Positions 20,185 through 29,056 of a DNA stretch of 64,000 bases are shown here, one piece after another. The stretch spans positions 672,001 through 736,000 of the forward strand of contig CAWFFU010000003.1 of the NCBI GenBank assembly GCA_963815215.1, read 5' to 3'. Position 1 is the first letter of the stretch; each line of letters starts with the position of its first letter. The DNA is from an uncultured Trueperaceae bacterium. Lineage in GTDB: Bacteria; Deinococcota; Deinococci; Deinococcales; Trueperaceae. A model generated the notes under the pieces. That model was not told where the DNA came from, ran no database searches, and was given only the letters and a program-made list of their open reading frames with translations. The position numbers and the translations under genes were made by a program.

Positions 20185-21198
20185 ATGTCCCCCACCTTCC
20201 GGAGGTACATCCTCACCAAGCTCGGCTGGTACCTCATCGCGCTGGCGGCGGCCGTCAGCCTCAACTTCTTCCTGCCGCGCCTGGTGCCGGGCAACCCCGT
20301 GGATCTGATCGTCGCCCACTTCCTGCAGGGCGGTGGCGGCGGCGCATCGGCGAGCAAGACCTATCAAGCCTTCATCACGCAGTTCCACCTCGACGAACCC
20401 CTCTTCGGACAGTTCATCACCTATCTCGGAAACATCGTGCACGGTGATCTCGGACAGTCGTTCTCGCTGTTCCCCGCCCGCGTCACGACCCTCATCGGCC
20501 AGGCCGTCCCGTGGACCATCGCGCTCCAGCTCCCCGCCATCCTGCTCGGGTGGCTCCTCGGGAACGTGCTCGGCGCGCTCGCCGCGTACAAGCGCGGCGC
20601 GTTCGACCGCAATCTGTTCGTCACCGCCCTGGCGCTCTCGAGCATCCCCTACTACGCGCTGGCCATCGTGCTCCTCTATGTGTTCGCCGTCGCTATCCCG
20701 GTGTTCCCGTCGGCAGGCGGCTATTCCTTCGGCACCATGCCGGATCTGTCCTGGTCGTTCTTCGTCGACGCCCTCGGCCACTACCTGCTGCCGTTCCTGT
20801 CGCTTCTGGTCATCGCCATCGGCGGACAGGCGGTGGGCATGCGCTCGATGGCGATCTACGAGCTCGGCAGCGATTACGTCAACTATGCCAACTCGCTCGG
20901 GGTCAGCGATCGGCGCGTGCTCGGCTACGTGTTCCGCAACGCCATGCTGCCGCAGATCACCGGGCTGGCGCTGTCGATCGGCACGCTCGTCGGCGGCGCC
21001 CTCATCACCGAGATCGTGTTCTCCTATCCCGGCATCGGCACACTGCTGTTCAACGCCATCAACGCCAACGACTACCCCCTGATCCAAGGGGTGACGCTCA
21101 TCATCATCGTGGCGGTGCTGCTCGCCAACTTCCTGGTCGATCTCGCGTACGGCGCGATCGACCCGCGCATCCGCGCGGCCCGCAGCGGGGAGCGCTGA
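20185..21198 (+). CDS. ABC permease (DppB/OppB-like)
   Basis: PRLVPGNP, GDLGQS, RNAMLP, ITEIVFSYPGIG, DYPLIQG, IDPRI. Confidence 0.92.
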   Translation: MSPTFRRYILTKLGWYLIALAAAVSLNFFLPRLVPGNPVDLIVAHFLQGGGGGASASKTYQAFITQFHLDEPLFGQFITYLGNIVHGDLGQSFSLFPARVTTLIGQAVPWTIALQLPAILLGWLLGNVLGALAAYKRGAFDRNLFVTALALSSIPYYALAIVLLYVFAVAIPVFPSAGGYSFGTMPDLSWSFFVDALGHYLLPFLSLLVIAIGGQAVGMRSMAIYELGSDYVNYANSLGVSDRRVLGYVFRNAMLPQITGLALSIGTLVGGALITEIVFSYPGIGTLLFNAINANDYPLIQGVTLIIIVAVLLANFLVDLAYGAIDPRIRAARSGER

Positions 21199-21200
21199 GC

Positions 21201-22064
21201 ATGCTGATGCGCGCGCGCTTCCTGCGGACCGCCCTGCGCTCCAGCCGCTTCAACACCAGTCTGATCCTGGTGTTGCTGGTGCTGGGGTTCGCCATCCTCG
21301 GGCCCATCCTGGTAGGGCACGACCCCAACACCGTGGTCGGGGGCGTCAACGACGCTCCGACAGCGCATCCGCCGCTCGGCACCGACAACTTCGGTCGCGA
21401 CGAGCTCACGCTGCTGATGTACGGCACCCGGAACTCCCTCGAGATCGGCGCCATCGCCGGTCTGGTAGCGGTATTCCTCGGCGTCCTGGTGGGTACCGTG
21501 GCCGGGTTCTACGGCGGCATGGTCGAGGAGGCCCTGATGGGCGTCACCAACGTGCTCATCACCATCCCTGCCATCGTGGTGCTGATCCTTCTGTCGATCG
21601 CGCTGGGGTCACGCTCCGCCCTGACCATGGGGTTGATCATCGGCGTCACGTCCTGGCCGTGGACGGCCCGCGCCGTCGCGGCCCAGACCAGCAGCCTGCG
21701 GACCCGTGAGCACATCGACATCGCCCGGCTCTCCGGCGCGGGCGGCTTCAGCATCATCGTTCGCGACGTGATCCCCTACATCCTGTCCTACGTGGGGATG
21801 GCGTTCACGCTGCAGCTCGCCACCGCCGTGCTGACCGAAGCGGCGCTGAGCCTGCTCGGGCTGGGACCGACGAGCACCATCTCGCTGGGGATCTTGCTGC
21901 AATGGTCGCTGCTGTGGGAAGCGGTCCGCCAGGGAGTGTGGTGGACGTTCATCCCACCCACCTTCTTCCTCTCCGTCGTCTCCTTCGGGCTGCTGCTGCT
22001 GAACTCCAGCCTCGACGAGATCTACAACCCACGTCTTCAGGGAGGGGGTGGAAACTGTGACTGA
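21201..22064 (+). CDS. ABC permease (DppC/OppC-like)
   Basis: LGTDNFGRD, EAALSLLGLG, WWTFIPP, NPRL. Confidence 0.9.
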   Translation: MLMRARFLRTALRSSRFNTSLILVLLVLGFAILGPILVGHDPNTVVGGVNDAPTAHPPLGTDNFGRDELTLLMYGTRNSLEIGAIAGLVAVFLGVLVGTVAGFYGGMVEEALMGVTNVLITIPAIVVLILLSIALGSRSALTMGLIIGVTSWPWTARAVAAQTSSLRTREHIDIARLSGAGGFSIIVRDVIPYILSYVGMAFTLQLATAVLTEAALSLLGLGPTSTISLGILLQWSLLWEAVRQGVWWTFIPPTFFLSVVSFGLLLLNSSLDEIYNPRLQGGGGNCD

Positions 22065-23079
22065 CCTGCTGGTGGCCGAGGACCTCCAAGCCTACTACCG
22101 CTACGGGATGAGCGGCTGGATCCGCGCCGTCGACGGCGTCTCGCTCCACCTGCGCGAGGGCGAGATCCTGGGCGTGGCCGGCGAGTCCGGCTGCGGCAAG
22201 TCGACGCTCGCCATGGTGCTGGCATCGATCGCGCGCTGGCCCCTGTGCGTGCGCGGCGGTCGGTTGCTGATCGACGGTCACGAGGTACCGCTGCGTGTCG
22301 GCGAAGGCGATGCCGGCCACCGCGGCACGATGGTCTCGATGATGCCGCAAGGCGCCATGAACTCGCTCAATCCCACCCAGCGCGTGCGCGACTTCGTGTT
22401 CGACGTGCTGCGTTCACACGATCCGACCGTGACGCGGCAGGCGGCGGTCCAGCGCGCCCGCGAGCGTCTGGAGAAGCTCCAGCTGCCCGAACGCGTGCTC
22501 GACGCCTACCCCCACCAGCTCTCCGGTGGCATGAAGCAGCGCGTGGTGGCGGTCATCTCCACGCTGCTCAACCCACGCGTGCTGATCGCCGACGAACCCA
22601 CCTCGGCGCTCGACGTCAGCGCCCAGCGGGCCCTGCTCGCGCTGCTGGCACAACTCCTGGTCGAGGGTATCATCGGCGGGATCATCCTCGTCACCCACGA
22701 GCTTCCGATCCTGCGCAACGTCGCCAGCCGTACCATGATCATGTACGCCGGCCAGGTCTCGGAGACGGGTCCGACCGAGCAGGTGATCTTCGAGCCGGCC
22801 CACCCCTACACCCGGGCCCTGATGGACGCCACGCTGGTGCTCGAGTCGGCCACCAAGCGTCAGCGCATCGAGGGGCTTGAGGGATCGCCTCCGGACCTGT
22901 CGCGGCCGCCGGAGGGCTGCCGCTTCCATCCCCGTTGCCCGCACGCCAGCGAGACCTGCGCGGAAACCTTCCCGCCGACGTTGCACCCCGGCACGGATCA
23001 CACGGTGGCGTGCTGGTGGCTGGCCGATCGGCTCGAACCCTCGCGGCCCGGGAGCAGCGTCACGGCGGTGGAGCCATGA
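22057..23079 (+). CDS. ABC ATP-binding protein (DppD-like)
   Basis: GESGCGKS, YPHQLSGGMKQR, IADEPTSALD, HPYT, GCRFHPRC. Confidence 0.93.
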   Translation: MTDLLVAEDLQAYYRYGMSGWIRAVDGVSLHLREGEILGVAGESGCGKSTLAMVLASIARWPLCVRGGRLLIDGHEVPLRVGEGDAGHRGTMVSMMPQGAMNSLNPTQRVRDFVFDVLRSHDPTVTRQAAVQRARERLEKLQLPERVLDAYPHQLSGGMKQRVVAVISTLLNPRVLIADEPTSALDVSAQRALLALLAQLLVEGIIGGIILVTHELPILRNVASRTMIMYAGQVSETGPTEQVIFEPAHPYTRALMDATLVLESATKRQRIEGLEGSPPDLSRPPEGCRFHPRCPHASETCAETFPPTLHPGTDHTVACWWLADRLEPSRPGSSVTAVEP

Positions 23080-23921
23080 CCGACCCCGGACCCACGACCG
23101 GTGCGGGCGAGGCCCCGGTGCTCCGCTGCGTGGACCTGAGCCGCGTCTTCGGCCAGGGCAAGCACGCCGTACGCGCGGTGGACGATGTGACGCTCGAGCT
23201 CCGGCGAGGCGAGATCGCCTCCGTAGTGGGAGAATCCGGGAGCGGCAAGTCCACCCTGGCACGCCTGGTGCTGAGGCTCCTCGAACCCAGCGCCGGTCGC
23301 CTGTACTTCCGCGGCGAGGATGTGACCCGGCTGCGCGGCTTCGCCCGCCGCAAAGCGTACTGGAAGAACGTGCAGGCGGTCTTCCAGGACCCGTTCGGCT
23401 CCTTCAACCAGTTCTTCCCGGTGCGTTCGGTGCTGCGCAGCGCCCTCCGCCTCGAGAGCCACCTCTCGGCCGCCGAGCGCGACCGGCGCATGTGGGCGGC
23501 GCTCGAGAGCGTCGGGCTCGAGCCCGGCAGCGTGCTCGACCAGCTACCCCACGAGCTCTCCGGCGGCCAGCGGCAGCGGGTGATGATCGCCCGGGCGGTG
23601 ATGGTCCAACCCGAGCTGCTCATCGCCGACGAGCCCACCACCATGATCGACGCGTCCTCGCGGGCGAACATCCTCAACGTGCTGCTCGACCTCAACCGCG
23701 ACCGGAAGCTCACCATCCTGTTCATCACGCACGACATCAGTCTTGCGACCTACGTCAGCGACACCCTCTTCATCATGCAGTCGGGCCAGTTGGTCGAGCG
23801 CGGCCCCGTCGAGCAGGTCACCCGCGCACCGGAGCACGACTACACGCGCCAGCTCTTCGCCGATACCTTCAGCCTTCACGGCGAGGCGTGGCGTCCGGCC
23901 CGCGCGGAGGGCGCGCCGTGA
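23076..23921 (+). CDS. ABC ATP-binding protein (DppF-like)
   Basis: GESGSGKST, VFQDP, PHELSGGQRQR, IADEPT. Confidence 0.92.
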   Translation: MTDPGPTTGAGEAPVLRCVDLSRVFGQGKHAVRAVDDVTLELRRGEIASVVGESGSGKSTLARLVLRLLEPSAGRLYFRGEDVTRLRGFARRKAYWKNVQAVFQDPFGSFNQFFPVRSVLRSALRLESHLSAAERDRRMWAALESVGLEPGSVLDQLPHELSGGQRQRVMIARAVMVQPELLIADEPTTMIDASSRANILNVLLDLNRDRKLTILFITHDISLATYVSDTLFIMQSGQLVERGPVEQVTRAPEHDYTRQLFADTFSLHGEAWRPARAEGAP

Positions 23922-25078
23922 GGTCCGCCGAGACGGGCGCGGGCAGCGCCCGACCCGCCCCGGAGGCCGCCGCGCGCTCTCCGCTGCAGGTCGGCATCGT
24001 GGGCTGCGGCAACATCAGCGCTCAGTACCTGGAGGCGTGCCAGCGCTTCCGGCTGCTTCGCGTCGAGGCGGTGGCCGACCTGGACGCCGACCTGGCCCGC
24101 AGCCGGGCGGATGCGTTCGGTGTTCCGCGCGCGCTCGAGCCCGAGGCGCTGATCGCGGACAGCGGCATCGAGCTGGTCGTGAACCTCACCGTGCCGAGCG
24201 CGCACGCCGCGGTGTCGCTGGCCGCGCTGCAGTCGGGCAAGGCGGTTTACAGCGAGAAGCCGCTGGCGACCACCCGCACCGATGGAGCACGCCTGCTGGC
24301 GGAGGCCTCAGAGCGCGGCCTGCGGCTCGGCGGCGCGCCCGACACCTTCCTCGGCGGCGCGCTGCAGACGGCCCGGAAGCTCATCGACGACGGCTGGATC
24401 GGACGACCCCTCGCCGCCACGGCCTTCGTGGTCAGTCACGGGATGGAGCACTGGCACCCGAATCCGGCCTTCTTCTACCAGCCCGGGGCCGGACCGCTGC
24501 TCGACGTGGGCGTGTACTACGTCACCGCACTGGTCACGCTCCTGGGCCCGGTGGCGCGGGTCGCGGCCGCGAGCGCCACGGGCTTCAGCGAGCGGGCCTT
24601 CCTGACCGGGCCCCATCGCGGCGCAACGTTCGAGGTGACCACCCCCACGCACGTCACGGCCCTGCTCGAACTCGCCGGCGGACCGGTCGCCACCCTGGTG
24701 GCGAGCTTCGACGTATGGGGCTCCGAGCTGCCCAGGTTGGAGATCTACGGCACCGAAGGGACGCTGGCGCTGCCGGACCCGAATCTCTTCGGCGGCGCCG
24801 TGCGGCTACGCCGGGCGGACGCCGAGACGTTCACCGAGGTTCCGCTCTCACACGGCTTCGCTCGGACCGGGCGCGGCCTGGGGGCGGCCGACCTGGCCCA
24901 CGCGCTGCGCTCGGGCCGCCCCCACCGCGCCAGCGCAGAGCTCGCCTACCATGTGCTCGACACCATGCAGGCCGCCCTCGAGAGCGCCGAACAGGGCCGG
25001 CGCATCGACGTCGAGAGCCGCTGCGAACGCCCGGCCCCCCTCCCCCTGGGCCTTCCCGAGGACGCACTCGACGACTGA
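23918..25078 (+). CDS. Gfo/Idh/MocA-family NAD(P) oxidoreductase
   Basis: VGIVGCGNIS, YSEKPL, GPLLDVGVY, EIYGTEG; GTGA overlap with the upstream ATPase. Confidence 0.9.
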   Translation: MRSAETGAGSARPAPEAAARSPLQVGIVGCGNISAQYLEACQRFRLLRVEAVADLDADLARSRADAFGVPRALEPEALIADSGIELVVNLTVPSAHAAVSLAALQSGKAVYSEKPLATTRTDGARLLAEASERGLRLGGAPDTFLGGALQTARKLIDDGWIGRPLAATAFVVSHGMEHWHPNPAFFYQPGAGPLLDVGVYYVTALVTLLGPVARVAAASATGFSERAFLTGPHRGATFEVTTPTHVTALLELAGGPVATLVASFDVWGSELPRLEIYGTEGTLALPDPNLFGGAVRLRRADAETFTEVPLSHGFARTGRGLGAADLAHALRSGRPHRASAELAYHVLDTMQAALESAEQGRRIDVESRCERPAPLPLGLPEDALDD

Positions 25079-25111
25079 GGCGCACTCGGCTTCGAACGGA
25101 ACGAGGTCACC

Positions 25112-25882
25112 ATGGCACCGCCGCCCACCCCTCCCCTGGCTCTGCAGCTCTACTCCCTCCGCCGGCTCGGGCTCCCCTTCGGAACCCTCGTGCAACGCGC
25201 CGCGGAAGCCGGCTACGCCGGCGTGGAGACGGTCGGCACCCACGGGCTCGACGCCGAGGCCGCCGCCGCGGCGCTCTCCGAAGCGGACCTTGCGGTGTGC
25301 TCGAGCCACGTACCCTTGCAGGCGCTGGAGGAGGATCTGGGCGCCGTGTGCCGCTTCAACCGGACGCTCGGCAACGCCATCCTCGTGGTGCCGTGGCTCC
25401 CGCCCGACCTTCGCGGCACGACCGCCGCGAGCTGGCAGGGCCTGGGCCGACGCCTGGCCGAGATGGGCCGGCACTGCCGCGACGAGGGCATGAGGTTGCT
25501 GTACCACAACCACGATTTCGAGCTCGAGGCGGTCGAGGGACGCACGGGTCTGGCGTGGCTGCTAGACGCCGCGGCACCCGACGATCTCGGGCTCGAGCCC
25601 GACCTCGGCTGGATCCGACGTGCCGGCCACGACCCCGCCGCCCTGCTCGCGAGCCACCCCGGCCGTTGCCCACGTGTTCACCTCAAGGACCTGGCCCCGC
25701 CCGACCGCCGCGGCACCGAAGGCGGCTGGACCGACGTCGGCTACGGCACGATCGATTGGGGATCGGTGCTGCCGGCGTGCCGGCAGGCGGGGGCCGAGTG
25801 GTACGTCGTGGAGCACGACGAGCCCTCCGACCCCCTGGCGTCGGCGCGGCGGAGCGCCGACTACCTGCGCGCCCTGCCGTGA
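25112..25882 (+). CDS. sugar phosphate isomerase/epimerase family TIM-barrel protein
   Basis: LQLYSLR, GYAGVE, YHNHDFE, D.GW, HLKD, G.G.IDW, VVEHD. Confidence 0.88.
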   Translation: MAPPPTPPLALQLYSLRRLGLPFGTLVQRAAEAGYAGVETVGTHGLDAEAAAAALSEADLAVCSSHVPLQALEEDLGAVCRFNRTLGNAILVVPWLPPDLRGTTAASWQGLGRRLAEMGRHCRDEGMRLLYHNHDFELEAVEGRTGLAWLLDAAAPDDLGLEPDLGWIRRAGHDPAALLASHPGRCPRVHLKDLAPPDRRGTEGGWTDVGYGTIDWGSVLPACRQAGAEWYVVEHDEPSDPLASARRSADYLRALP

Positions 25883-25926
25883 GCGCCCTGCCATGAGTGC
25901 CCGGCCATGAGTGCCCTGCCATGAGC
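25871..25926 (+). repeat. 4 x 14-bp tandem repeat (GCCCKGCCRTGAGY)
   Basis: gccctgccgtgagc / gccctgccatgagt / gcccggccatgagt / gccctgccatgagc; the first copy contains the upstream stop codon. Confidence 0.92.
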
Positions 25927-25979
25927 CGCCTCCGGCGACGGACCTCTCCGTCCCGCGACGCAAGGAAAGGAAACTTGCC

Positions 25980-28280
25980 GTGAACGACGTGACCCGCCTT
26001 CTGACCCGCCTCACCCTCGAAGAGAAGGCCGCCCTGTGCGTGGGCGCAACTCCCTGGACCACCACGGCCGTGCCCCGCCTCGGGTTGGAGGCGATCCGGG
26101 TCACGGACGGTCCGCACGGCGTCCGGCTGGTCGTCGATCCCAGCACGTCGGGGCAGGAGAGCGCCCCGGCGACGTGCTTCCCGACCGCCGTGTCGCTGGC
26201 GTCGAGCTGGAACGTCGAGCTGGTCCGCGCCGTGGGCGAGGCGCTCGGCGAGGAAGCCGCGGCGCTGGGCGCGCACGTGCTGCTGGGACCGGGCGTGAAC
26301 CTGAAACGCACGCCCCTGTGCGGCCGCAACTTCGAGTACTTCTCCGAGGACCCCTTCCTGGCCGGCGAGATGGCGGTGGCCTGGATCCAGGGTCTGCAGA
26401 GCCGCGGGGTGGGCGCCTCGCTCAAGCACTTCGCGCTCAACAACCAGGAGTTCCAACGCAACGCGATCGACGTGGTGGTGGACGAGCGCACCCTGCACGA
26501 GCTCTACCTGAGCGCGTTCGAGACTGCGGTCACACGCGCGCACCCGTGGACCGTGATGGCCGCCTACAACCGGGTGAACGGCGAGCTGTGCTCCCAGCAC
26601 GCGCCGCTGCTCCACGACATCCTGGTCGACGCATGGGGCTTCGACGGAGTGGTGATGTCCGACTGGGGGGCCGTGCGCGACCCGGTGGCCGCGCTGGCGG
26701 CCGGCCTCCACCTGGAGATGCCCGGACCCAAGGCGAGCCACGTGAGCATGATCGTCGCAGCGGTGCAGGAGGGGCGCCTGGACGCTTCGGCTGTCGACGA
26801 GGCGGCGCTGCGCATCCTCCGGTTGGCCGAACGCACCCGGGTCCACGCCGAGCCCCGCGACTTCGATGAGGACGCGCACCATGCGCTGGCCCGCCGAGCC
26901 GCTGCGGAGGGCATGGTGCTGCTGACCAACCGCGGCAGCCTGCCGCTTGCGCCCGAGCGGCGCATCGCCGTGATCGGCCGCTCCGCCCGCGCGCCGCACC
27001 TGCAGGGCGGAGGCAGCGCCAACGTTCGACCCACCCGGCTCGACACCCCATGGCACGCGCTCAGCAAGGCTGTCGGCGGCGAGCTGGTCTACGCCGAGGG
27101 CTGGAGCGACGACCTCGCACAGCACCCCGAGCTCATCGCGGAGGCGGTTGCGGTCGCCGCCACCGCCGACGTGGCCGTCGTCTTCACGGCATTGCCCGGG
27201 ACGCTCGAGTCGGAAGGCTACGATCGCACCGAGCTCGGGCTCCCGCGCCCCCAGGTCGAGCTGATCCGCGCCGTCGCCGCGACGGGCCGACCGACCGTGG
27301 TCGTGTTGAACAACGGCGGCGCCGTCGACGTGACGCCCTGGGTCGACGAGGTCGACGCCGTTCTCCAGGCCTGGACCATGGGGCAGGCGGGCGGCTCGGC
27401 TGTGGCCGACGTGCTCCTGGGGATCGTCGACCCAGGCGGCCGATTGGCGGAGACGTTCCCGCTGCGCCTGGAGGACACGCCGGCCTTCCACAGCTACCCC
27501 GGCGAGAACGGCCGCGCCCCGTACGGCGAAGGGCTGTTCGTCGGCTACCGCTGGTACGACGCACGCCAGCTGCCGGTGCGCTTCCCGTTCGGCCACGGGC
27601 TCAGCTACACCACCTTCGCCTACCGGGGGCCGCGCCTGTCGGTCTCCGAGTTCGACGAGGACGATGCCATCGAGGTCACCTTCGACGTCACCAACACCGG
27701 TGCGCGCACCGGCAGCGAGGTGGCGCAGCTCTACGTGCACGACCAGGCGTCCCGCCTGCGCCGGCCCGTCAAGGAGCTCAAGGGGTTCGCCAAGGTGACG
27801 CTGGCGCCTGCGGAGACCCGCACCGTGACGATCAGGCTCGATCGCCGGGCGTTCGCCTACTACGACCCGGCCCACGGCCGATGGGTGACCGAGGCCGGCA
27901 CCTTCGACGTGCTCATCGGCGCGTCGGCGACGGACGTCCGTCTGCGTGCCTCGGTCACGCTGCGACGCGGCAGCGAGCTGCCCTGCATCCTCGACCGCGA
28001 CTCGACGCTACGCGAGTGGCTCGACGATCGCCGTGGCGGCCCCGTGCTGGCTCCGCGGCTCGAGGGCATCCGGCAACGCGTCGCCGCCGCCATGGGCGGC
28101 ACCGACGAGCAGGTCATCGGCATGGATCTCGCGGGCTTCCTGCTCGACATGCCGCTGCTCAGCGTGCTGGCCTTCCATGAAGAGGACGAGGGCGTGAGCG
28201 CGATCGATCAAGTGGACGCGCTGCTCGCGCAGGCCCGCGGCGCCGACGCCGCTCCGCGCGAGAGCGGGGTCGGCTCGTGA
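25980..28280 (+). CDS. glycoside hydrolase family 3 (beta-glucosidase) with FnIII-like domain
   Basis: TDGPHG, GRNFEYFSEDP, KHFA, VMSDWG (nucleophile Asp), ESEGYDR, FPFGHGLSYT; SD AAGGAAAGG before GTG 25980. Confidence 0.94.
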   Translation: MNDVTRLLTRLTLEEKAALCVGATPWTTTAVPRLGLEAIRVTDGPHGVRLVVDPSTSGQESAPATCFPTAVSLASSWNVELVRAVGEALGEEAAALGAHVLLGPGVNLKRTPLCGRNFEYFSEDPFLAGEMAVAWIQGLQSRGVGASLKHFALNNQEFQRNAIDVVVDERTLHELYLSAFETAVTRAHPWTVMAAYNRVNGELCSQHAPLLHDILVDAWGFDGVVMSDWGAVRDPVAALAAGLHLEMPGPKASHVSMIVAAVQEGRLDASAVDEAALRILRLAERTRVHAEPRDFDEDAHHALARRAAAEGMVLLTNRGSLPLAPERRIAVIGRSARAPHLQGGGSANVRPTRLDTPWHALSKAVGGELVYAEGWSDDLAQHPELIAEAVAVAATADVAVVFTALPGTLESEGYDRTELGLPRPQVELIRAVAATGRPTVVVLNNGGAVDVTPWVDEVDAVLQAWTMGQAGGSAVADVLLGIVDPGGRLAETFPLRLEDTPAFHSYPGENGRAPYGEGLFVGYRWYDARQLPVRFPFGHGLSYTTFAYRGPRLSVSEFDEDDAIEVTFDVTNTGARTGSEVAQLYVHDQASRLRRPVKELKGFAKVTLAPAETRTVTIRLDRRAFAYYDPAHGRWVTEAGTFDVLIGASATDVRLRASVTLRRGSELPCILDRDSTLREWLDDRRGGPVLAPRLEGIRQRVAAAMGGTDEQVIGMDLAGFLLDMPLLSVLAFHEEDEGVSAIDQVDALLAQARGADAAPRESGVGS

Positions 28281-28759
28281 GCGTCGCGGCCGGCGATGCC
28301 GTTACCGGCAGCGCGGCCGCCGCCATCGACAGCCTCGACCACGTCGCCATCACCGTGGCGGACATGGACCGCTCGCTGGCGTTCTACGCCGGGCTTCTGG
28401 GGTGCGAGGTGCTGGGACAGCTGTTGCTCGACGACGGCACCTTCAAGCTCGTGTACCTCCGCAAGGGCCGCGCGCTCATCGAGCTCTTCGCGCACCGAAG
28501 CGCGCCACCCGACCCGGACCGGAGCGGCGCCCCGGCTCCGGCGCCGAGGCGGGGCGGCTTCGAGCACCTGGCGTTCCACAGCGACGATGTCGACGCCGTC
28601 GCCGCGGACCTGGCGGCCGCCGGCGTGCCCTTCAGCGTGGCTCCCAAGGACGCCGCCGGCAACGTGCGCCTGGCGTTCTTCCGCGATCCCGACGGCAACA
28701 CCCTGGAAGTGGTGTCGAACCTGCCGGAGATGGAGCCCTATCGCTCGGGGTGGAGCTGA
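28277..28759 (+). CDS. VOC (glyoxalase-like) family protein
   Basis: LDHVAITV.DMDRSLAFY..LLG, IELF, FEHLAF, FFRDPDGNTLE (metal ligands H/E/H/E). Confidence 0.9.
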   Translation: MSVAAGDAVTGSAAAAIDSLDHVAITVADMDRSLAFYAGLLGCEVLGQLLLDDGTFKLVYLRKGRALIELFAHRSAPPDPDRSGAPAPAPRRGGFEHLAFHSDDVDAVAADLAAAGVPFSVAPKDAAGNVRLAFFRDPDGNTLEVVSNLPEMEPYRSGWS

Positions 28760-28768
28760 GGGCGGTCC

Positions 28769-28948
28769 TCAGAAGCGGCTGGCGGTGGCCACCGGAGGTA
28801 GGCGCCGCGTGATGCGTTCGAAGACGTGGCGCCCCCAGCGCCGGGGGCATGCGACCCGCGGCCGCTCGCCGGTCAGGGCCGAGGCGCGTTCGACCATGTG
28901 GTCGCGGTGGTGCTGGCTGGTGGTGACGAAACTGGCGTGGTGGAACAT
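28769..28948 (-). CDS. small hypothetical protein (59 aa; below the ORF-track cutoff)
   Basis: GGAGG SD 6 nt before ATG; MFHHASFVTTSQHHRDHMVERASALTGERPRVACPRRWGRHVFERITRRLPPVATASRF*; stop converges on the VOC gene. Confidence 0.6.
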   Translation of the reverse strand: MFHHASFVTTSQHHRDHMVERASALTGERPRVACPRRWGRHVFERITRRLPPVATASRF

Positions 28949-29010
28949 GGAGTCCCTCCCGTGGGGGTCGATCCGGCTGAGGTCGATCCGGGTAGCTTCG
29001 ATCCGGACAT

Positions 29011-29040
29011 CTGAATCGATTCTGCCCTGAATCGATTCAG
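29011..29040. promoter_or_regulatory. tandem LacI-type operators
   Basis: CTGAATCGATTCTG (29011-29024) and the perfect palindrome CTGAATCGATTCAG (29027-29040), just upstream of the lacI -10 TATACT. Confidence 0.8.
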
Positions 29041-29056
29041 CGTCCTATACTCGAGC

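Noticed and set aside
25871..29040. Short repeats (14-bp tandem; TCGATCCGG x3) as a CRISPR array
   Set aside because: Units are too short, there are no 30-40-nt unique spacers, and no cas genes
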